From Sphagnum compactum (Eukaryota): 64,000 nt of DNA. The DNA lies in NCBI GenBank assembly GCA_965153455.1, contig OZ234493.1:28572213-28636212 (forward strand), in the 5' to 3' direction. The notes under the pieces are model-generated. The model had not been told where the DNA came from, made no database searches, and was given only the letters and a program-made list of their open reading frames with translations. The position numbers and the translations under genes are program-made. Shown here one piece after another: positions 53,186-64,000 of the stretch (within the stretch, counting starts at the first letter, position 1; each line of letters opens with the position of its first letter).

Positions 53186-56100
53186 TTACACCCTAGCTTG
53201 GTGGGCAAAGTGTTTAGGAAGGCTAGGTTCATAGCTTAGGTTAAGTAGTCTAATGAAAGTTTTTAGGTGTGTAATATTAAGTATTAGTGAATTTAATTAA
53301 TTATTAATGATTTAGTTATTAGTGAATTTGATTAATTATTGATGAATTCAATTAGTTATTAGTGAATTCATCTCTTAGTAATAATTGGTCCTTGTTTATT
53401 GAAGGGCTACACACTTTCACCATGGTAAATTTGTTCAATTTTATTAAAAATATAATAAATACTAAGTGAACTTAGACGCATATTGGTGTAGTGCGTGACA
53501 CATTCTAATGATTTCTGAAATTGGCATTGTGCTCAAGTCATCACCAATTCAATAGCTAACATAAGCCTACTTGTAAAAATCTCTAGTGGATCAAGGTATT
53601 CACTCAACTAGCCCAAAAAGGGAAGGATTGTGGTGACAAATTTATGTTTTACAATACGTCGTGATAACAAGGAAGCAATGTCCAATGGTCAAACATCTCT
53701 ACAATATTCAAAAGGGCTTGTAGTCCAACACAACTTTATAGAATACAACACAAATGGAAAGGAAGAAACTTTTGTGCTTTTCCATGTTTAAAAACCATCT
53801 ATTCTAGAAATGAATTTTCAGTTTACTTTGTCATAGAATCTTTTTCTCATGTTAGCTTCAAAGCTGGTGCTGCCGTTTTTCACAGAATCGTCTTCTCCTA
53901 TTACCTTCGAAGAAACAAAACATTGCAAGAAAGCTACAAAAGCTACACTTGCACTTGCACTATGAGCACAAATTTTCTTCACCCCTATTTTCATCACTAG
54001 TTCTCAGTTTTCAGATTTCATCCCCAGATTGAGGACTTCACAAATAATCAAAACTAGGATAGGGGATGGGGCAGGGTATGAGACTTGGGGAGGACTTTAC
54101 GGATAACTTTAATATGTTAATAACAAAATTGTTGGTTTGTAGCTAAGTTGCCATCAAAATTGTCATTGAATGTTGAACAAGCTGCTCATCTGTTACTGGT
54201 TATGTCAGGTTCTAACAAAATCATGAGGGATGACAGATCTGCGTAACACGGTTAGGTGATATGAATGTGAAGATGAATTGTGATTTTCTTATATATAAAA
54301 ACCTTAAAAGGGTATATTAATGCATGTTCTTGAAATTATACCCAGAGTTTTCTAAATTGAAATTATACCCGGATTTTTTTAACCCCAAAATTATACACTG
54401 AAGATGCAAATGACAAAACCTTCGACTTTGCCTATGGAACAGATATTTCAGATACACGGATCATGTGTGGGTTCGATGCTGTTTAGTGTACTCAAAAAAC
54501 TGTCAAGATTTGGATTCCAGATGCGCCTCCCTTATTCTGAAGGCCTACCCGGTACAGGATTCATCCTGTTTCTATTTGGCAAAATGGTTACAGTGCCAAC
54601 CAATGTTGTGCAGGTACTACAACCAGGAACAAAATTCCCTCCAGCAATCAGAGTATTAGACATCAGGATGGTTCTTTAATAACATAATCACAATTCTCAG
54701 AAAATCAGAAAACCAGTTTTGATATATAAGCACCATTCTCTTCAAACTAAAAATAATTAAGGACCACTCAGAAACCTCCAATGCTGTTCAGATTCTTGCA
54801 TGCAGCAATTTCTCTGAGTTATGAGAAAACCAGAATTAGAGTGCATGGAGTTTTTATTCCTATGTATTGGTAAGAAAGAGACTTGGGCACAGCACCTCTT
54901 AAGTTACCCAAAGTTTGCACTGAAACAAACAAGTGTTCAATCAATTTCTCTGCCTTTGAAATCCAGCATTTGAGAAACCCTGACTCCTAAACCTGAAAAG
55001 AGTATTTCTATTTTCAGAGAATCTGTCTCAAAAGCAAAGTCATTTCACAAAACCATCAAACTGCAGACATAACCAATAGTGAACTCTTGGGAGAGCCCAT
55101 CTTTTGCAAGGGTGCAAGCCGTTGCTCTCATTTGTGGTTGAGATCTGCACAATTTCCCAAAGTACTATTGCACATCCATGCATATTGAATTCCCCAAGTA
55201 TTTCAGTCAACTGAAACAATCACAAGGGTTGAAAGGGTTTTGGCAGGCCAGATCCAAGGGGAGGGCTCTGTGTTTCTGGTGTCCAAACAAAACTTGAACC
55301 CCTCCTGTTGACTCATCCGACACACTAAAAATCACCAAAAATGGATTCGAATTGAGGAAGTTGTGCCCCCCAAAGTAGAGGGGGTCAGGAACCCAGAAGA
55401 ACAAACCACCAAACCCTAGAAAGCTACTTCTCAAACACCCAAAAAAATTCCTTGTATGTTTCTCTATTGCTATCAGAGTTCAAAGATGATTAATAAAACT
55501 CAGGGTGGCAGTCCTAAAGAACATTAAATCATTTAAAATGAACAAGAAATAAGAAAGTTATAAGCTTTGAAAGTAGGACAGATCCAAAGAGCAGAAAAAA
55601 AGAAAAGTAAAACCCCATTTTGAAAGTTAGAATGCTTCTTTTTATTCTTGCTAAGTTACTCATTTTCCTTTACTCTTCAAAGATGTTCTCTAGAGCTTGA
55701 GGTAGGGCTCCCATAAAATGTTAAATCACTCAAATTGAAACACGTGACAAAAATTTAAATAAATGTTCGGTGATAGAGTAGTGATGAGTGATGGGCAGTT
55801 CTACCCTACCAAACCAGGACATCAGTATACCCCCTGTATTTCTCAATCCACAAATCCACAGGTCTGAGCTCCACACAGATTTGACCCACATGAAGGCAGG
55901 GAAAAGAGCTCAAGAAACCATAAAAATTTCAACAAAAGCCATTTCTTTCAACCCGGTAATTCCTCATTCATGGTCCCTCCACCCATTTACATTAGTCTTC
56001 ACTATTCTAGGACACCACACAAACAGAGACAGTACATTAGATCCAACACAGACTAAACACACCATATAACTTCTCAAGCACATTCCAGGAACTGTGTGTA

Positions 56101-56933
56101 CTTAGGGAGAGTGACTCTAGTCATGTGAACATTTCAGCAATTTTAATATGACCAATCACTAAATCAATCCAGAATTCCTTATATAGAGACAACAAGCCCG
56201 AGTATTTTAGGATCACATCAACACCTACAACTTTACCTTATTAACTTCACTAGTCTGCGTCTCGCAATCTCCCATTCTAAAACCAGTCTAAAGGATTGCA
56301 GAAAATCTACAAAATATCTGCATCAGCTAATATCCACTAGAGCCACAGGAAAAAGTAATATGATGTAGAGAAACCTGCATACAATTTCAGGTAGCAAAGC
56401 AAAGAGTTTAGTTATAACTTTAAGAGGTTCACTATGAAAGCGTCAGACAGTTTCCCTTTCTAAAGTATACTGGGTGTAGTCAGTAGGGCTGCATCCACCC
56501 GAAAGCATATCCATCCTGTAAACTCAGACAGTCCCTTACCTTCATGAGTATGTCACAAGATGTTTGTTCAATAGACGATCAGTACCTTACTCATGTACAT
56601 AATACATCCATCACCACACAGGAGAAGCAGCATACAGACAATCTGACATCCTCCAAAACAATTGCATAAGCACACATAAAGCCGGGAACTACTCTCTTGT
56701 GTGAGATACCCAAAGAATGCAGATGTGATCACCATCACACTGCAAACAACTTCGCCTCACATATGATGAGATTCATAAATCATGATCCTGATCCAGCTGC
56801 AAAACGTAACTCCCAACATCAAGCATGAAACATCCAAATAACCCACCAAAATATTTGAAGAGTTCACTCGCATGCATTAGTCTGGCTACAACCAAGCCAA
56901 GAACAATGGCATGGTTTACTTCAAATGTGTGTC

Positions 56934-58831
<1,898 letters not shown>

Positions 58832-59015
58832 GGTTGCAAAACGCAACACGAAAAGCTCGCCGCCGGTACAAGAGCTTGGATAAGATGGGGCAGATCGGTC
58901 GTCTGTTTCCCCTTCCGCGAGAACAGAGAGCTGCAAAGAGACTGAACTCTGTGCAGCCGCTGAGCATTACAAGCAGCAGCATCGTTGTTCGTTCTTGGCC
59001 CCATTCAGTTGACCT

Positions 59016-59052
59016 AATCTCAACGGCCAGATTTGAGCAGCTAACCCTAATC
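59016..59052. promoter_or_regulatory. RPS3 upstream motifs: AACGG-containing box and telo-box-like site
   Basis: AATCTCAACGGCCAGATT (59016-59033) and CTAACCCTAAT (59041-59051), about 200 bp upstream of the ATG. Telo-boxes are known features of plant ribosomal-protein promoters. Confidence 0.45.
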
Positions 59053-59521
59053 TTGAAGATCGACGCCAGGATTCGCATTCCGGAGTCCACCCCCTCGGCA
59101 CTACTAACTCACGTCCAATCCGATTTGCGGGTAGCGACGGGCAGTCGAGAATCTCTGTGCCCGCACTGAAAGTTTTTGGCCTTTGCCCGTCCATGTGTAC
59201 ATGGCCACTTCAACAATTAGACAAATTTATTTTTTTATTTTTAAAAGTGCGACTAATTGACTAAAGGGACATTATTTTACCCCCAACACGTTATAGTCAT
59301 TTTGCCCATACCAGGGGTCTGGACAGGTGGTAATTTTCATTAAGGAATGAGGTATTGTAGTACCTTTAACATTTCGGTAACAAATTGTCAAATATTTATT
59401 TAAATTTCAAATCTTAACTTTGGCACCTAGTTTTTTAACTCTGAAATTTTTGGCAGATAATGGTTATAAAAATTAATAAACATTCATTTGCCAATGTTAT
59501 GGAATAGTCTAGTGTGTCTAG

Positions 59522-60052
59522 ATCGTTTTAGTTCAAAGACATTGTCGTGGAAGGTATGTAGTTCAATCGTTTCAGTTCAAAGTCATTGTTATGGAAGGTT
59601 TGTAGTTCAATGGTTTTAGTTCAAAGTCATTGTTATGGAAGGTTTACAGTTCAATCGTTTCAGTTCAAAGTCATTGTTATGGAAGGTTTGTAGTTCAATG
59701 GTTTTAGTTCAAAGTCATTGTTATGGAAGGTTTACAGTTCAATCGTTTCAGTTCAAACTCATTGTTATGGAAGGTTTGTAGTTCAATGGTTTCAGCTCAA
59801 AATCATTGTTATGGAAGGTTTATAGTTCAATCGTTTCAGTTCAAAGTCATTGTTATGGAAGGTTTCCAGTTCAATCGTTTCACTTCAAAGTCATTGTTAT
59901 GGAAGGTTTACAGTTCAATAGTTTCACTTCAAAGTCGTTGTTATGGAAGGTCTATGGTTCATCTGTTTCAGTTCAAAATCATTGTTATGGAAGGTCTATG
60001 GTTCAATCACTTCAGTTCAAAATCACTATTAGGGAAGGTCTACAGCTCAAAA
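59522..60052. repeat. 44-bp minisatellite, ~12 copies, upstream of RPS3
   Basis: GTTCAAAGTCATTGTTATGGAAGGTTTACAGTTCAATCGTTTCA units start at 59531, 59575, 59619 and onward. Confidence 0.95.
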
Positions 60053-60199
60053 CCTAACAGTTGAACTTTTAACTTTATTAATATTTTGGCACAAATAATG
60101 AATATTTTTTCAAAAGTTCAAAAAAATCAAAAATTAATTTAATTTATGCTGAAATGGTAAAGATATTGCGATATTGCTTATGGAATATGGTTGATTCAT

Positions 60200-60790
60200 G
60201 TCATTTGTGGCTAGCCTTTCGATCCAATAAAGATCCACTTTCCTTGCGTATGGTGAAGAAAAGATTACATTTCATAACTATGTTTGGGATGTCTTTGCTT
60301 CCATCACAAAAATTGTAATGTTTCATGTTTTACATGGGCAAACTCATGTTTTTTCATCATTTTTCATTTAGTCTTTTCATTTGTGGGTTGATGTTGTGTT
60401 ATTGGTTGATGGTATTTGCATTTTGGTCAACATGGTTATTGTCAATCTCACCTAACCAAATTGGATTTCACATGTTGTTTCATCTCTTGAGGTGGTCACA
60501 ATGACGCAGTTCAAATAAAAGAAGAATTTGATGAGCATGATGGGCATTTTATGAATTCGTTTTTTCTCCCTTGCTATAAAAGTTTTTGATTGCCTACACC
60601 AATAAGTGAATAATTTTTTTCATCAATGTGCATATTACAAAAAAACATTGATGGTGTTCCTCTAGTAGTTCTATGTGTTTTTAAAGGTAAAAGGTGTTGA
60701 TAGCTTTGTAAAGAATTTAAGTTGCCTTTATTTTGAAACACACCGTTGTTGCAAGTGATGGCTTTTCTAGGGTTACCACGCTTTCATGTT
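60200..60790 (+). mobile_element. Decayed 3' part of an RLE-type (CRE-like) non-LTR retrotransposon
   Basis: Degenerate reading VDVVLLVDGICILVNMVIVNLT...SLAIKVFDCLHQ*VNNFFHQC..., with a relic CCHC region upstream, resembles the RLE C-terminus of site-specific LINEs. Recognised by eye only. Confidence 0.5.
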
Positions 60791-63700
60791 TTTCATTTTA
60801 ATTTTTTTTACTATGTATTTATTTTGTGATTGGTGCAACTTTAGGACATAATTTATTCTTTTGCCCTTTTATGGCCCATTTTGGGTTTTATTTTTTTGGC
60901 TTGGATTTGGATCCTCTTTTTGTTTTTTCTTCCCTCTTTGTTGGGTGCTTTGTTTAATGGAAGTTGTTAGGGTTTCATCATCAACATGGTGTTCACTTAA
61001 TAAGTGATTGCCCAAAGTGGAGGGAAGGGGGTGCTTATTTTAGCAATGCATTGTTCTAAGGGCAAAAGCAAGGTGTTATTTGTCATAAAAAATATATATT
61101 TTAAAAAATTCATTTTTTTCTTGTGATGCTCCGTAGGTATCATAGGGTTGCATATCATGGGAAAATTAAATGCAAAAATAAAGATGGGGAATTTTTTAAA
61201 ACAAAACACTTGCACCTTTTTTATTGGAAAATTTCCATTTGATAACATGCCTTCTAAATACACTATAATTTTTTTGTTGATAATGTACATTTTATTTGTC
61301 ACATGTGTTTTGCCAATTCCTCCTTTAAGTTAAAGATGAAAATTGAAGCAAAAACATTTTATGGCTATTATGGTCACATGAAGGGTTCAATTTCTAATTT
61401 TTTCACATTTTTTGCCAAATCCTTCTTTAATATAAAAAGGAAACTAGGCAAGATTATTTTCCAATGACAAGAAATTCGAGAAACTAATATATGAGAGATT
61501 TTGCATAATATTTCATATGGTTGTCTTGAGACAATTGATTTTGCATAATCCTTCATATGGTCATCCTTGGACAATTATAGAAACAATTCCAAAAGCAATT
61601 CATACCTACCTCATCTCCAAGCCTAACTACTTCATTCCTTTCCTAGCAGTTTACCTCCTATCATTATAATTATATCACCTTTTTTTTCTACCCACAAACT
61701 TGGATATAAAAAAACAAACTAACATGTGTTTTTTCATGTCCATGATATTTATATCAATTCAAATTAAATTTGACATTGGCATAAATAATGATGAATTATT
61801 AAAAACGATATGGGAACATAAAGAGAAGAGGGAAAAAAAGCATTCATCACTAATAATGTGTAACAATGCAAGGCCCAAATATATATATGATTGTTATGGC
61901 CATATGGTCAATTTGTAGTATTTATCACCTATGTTTCATGGGCTTCCTACCCCTTTGTAAATTAGGGGTATCTATTCAAATATATTTTGTTAGTTCTTCC
62001 TTTAAGTTGGAGAGGAAAATCAAACACACAAAATTATTTATAGGGCAAAAGAAAATTTAGATATTTTGAGCAAATGTGAGGGGTATAGTTTTTTTTTGTA
62101 TTAAAAGATACATTTTGTGAATTTGTCCTTTAAGTTAAAAAGGCAAGTTAAATGATTTTTTTTTTTTTTTGTATCTTAAGGATTGTTAAAAGCTTGAACC
62201 AACTTATCAAGATGGGTTAATTTGAATTTGCTTAGAAGATATTATTGCATTTTCATGTTTTTAGCATTGTTTGAAGGTTTGGAAAAGCTTGTCACCACAA
62301 GTTTGTCAAATTTTCACATGAAAGCCGCCAAGGTCATGACTAATTGGTATAGCCCTTTTGGAACGAAAAAGAACTTGAGCTCAAACTTAATAGTGTGTAA
62401 GTGAAACTCAAGTTGGCCTTTTGGCAATGAGTTTGACTTAGGGGTGCCAACATCTTGTTAAGTTAAATTTGTCAATGTGCTTACAAAATTAAACAAAATC
62501 ACATGAGATTGAAATTTTTTCGATAATAAACATGAAACAAAAACTAAACTAAAATCTTATGAAAGATCATTTACACTTAGTTCACACCTTAAAGACCATG
62601 ACCCTAGTTTAAACAATAACTTGTCAAATATGATCACCTCTAAAGGTAAGAAAAATATTGGATGGTTAAGAATAATGAATCAAAATATGAACTTTATCCA
62701 CCAACAAACTTTGACAAACTTAAGAATAAATGTTCCAAACAAAGTTTGGTAGTTTGTTCAAAAATTGTTTTATGTCAAAAAATTTATCATTGTGCTAATC
62801 TAAGAAAAGATGAATGAAAATTGTGTTAATTCGAAATGTGTGAATTATATTGTGTTTTATGTGGGTTGAAATAGGTTCCTAAAACATTATGTGAAAAGGA
62901 TAGACTCCTACTCATTATTTTTATCTTTGAATGGATTTGGCATTAGTTAAATTTTTTTCATTAATTTTTTTTTCAAAAAATGGCAAAAATAAGTATAAAT
63001 AAAATTTCATCAGATCTAACACTTGAACCTTGGTTTATAAGGTCACTCATCCAAAATGACTAAACAAATTGGGATTGTTATATATTTGTTACAATGTACT
63101 ATCTCTTGTTAATATTATTGTCTATGTCGAATGTTTTAGAAAATAAAAAATTGAATGACAAAATTCAAGATTTAAAATATATTAATTATTTGGCAAACAT
63201 TTGCCGAATCCATTCAAGGATTACAATATCACATAGTTTATTTTAAAGTTATTCAAATAAATTTTAAAACGTGCAATTTAATTTATTTATTTTTATATTA
63301 GTTGCACAATGGGTGAAAGCAAATTATGGTGAATGAAAAATGTTAATACAAATCTTGTTTTTAAAAATTGTGTGTGTTTGAACTTCCATTGACTCAATAT
63401 TAAAAGGTTTTTTCATAAATTGTATTCATAATAACATATTCCAAAACCCAAAAAAAAGTGTCAAAAGAAATTACATTTTATATTAATATTAAATGATTAA
63501 TTTTTCTGAAAAAAAAAACTTATAACAACATTTTGGAAAGAGCAAATAAACTTGGCAAAGTACATACATACTTAATCATGTGTTGAATATGAATTGATTA
63601 CACCATTTCAATCCATGTGAATAGTTTCATTCATGTGATTTTAAAAAAAACATCCAAATGAAAATTTCCATTCCAATGAATGTAAGTTTGTGTAAATCTG

Positions 63701-64000
63701 TAAATTTTTTTTGTTGAAACATTATTCTCTTTTGAAAAGTAAGAAGGATTGTATTAAAGGCCTTGTGTTAAAAATTCATATTATGTGTTTGTCAAAACAT
63801 AGATGAAATGAAAGAAAAATTGTCCCCAAAATGATAATAAAATGCACTTTAAAAATGTACATTTTCTTGCCCAAGTTGGGGCCTACATATTGTGCTTTCA
63901 CCCTAATATCTCTATCCTACCATGCATGTTTTTGAAATTGTCATGCTAAGTTAGGGTTTGCTTACATATCATCTTACCTTCCTACTTAGTTACCTACATT

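Noticed and set aside
59723-60064. ORFs of 113 and 83 aa; CRISPR-like periodicity
   Set aside because: These are translations of the 44-bp minisatellite. There are no unique spacers and no cas genes, and the context is eukaryotic.

Overview
Eukaryotic, AT-rich, repeat-laden plant DNA. Gene style and TE content suggest a non-seed land plant, probably a moss such as Sphagnum (inference). There are two intact spliced host genes on the minus strand: a 5-exon AVT6-type amino acid transporter (28647-32203) and a 6-exon 40S ribosomal protein S3 (56934-58831). The largest feature is a near-intact Ty3/Gypsy chromovirus LTR retrotransposon (16073-22222; gag, PR-RT-RH-IN-chromodomain) with one in-frame stop in integrase. 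Its notable signals are: (i) an apparent tRNA-independent, Tf1-like self-priming PBS complementary to the element's own predicted transcript start; (ii) a -1 frameshift cassette with an H-type pseudoknot; (iii) LTRs of unequal length and no target-site duplication. The rest holds short non-autonomous Helitrons (one with its empty-site paralogue right beside it), a decayed hAT transposase, RLE/CRE-type LINE 3' fossils, many minisatellites and local duplications, and a few hairpins. No rRNA, intact tRNA or CRISPR array was seen.
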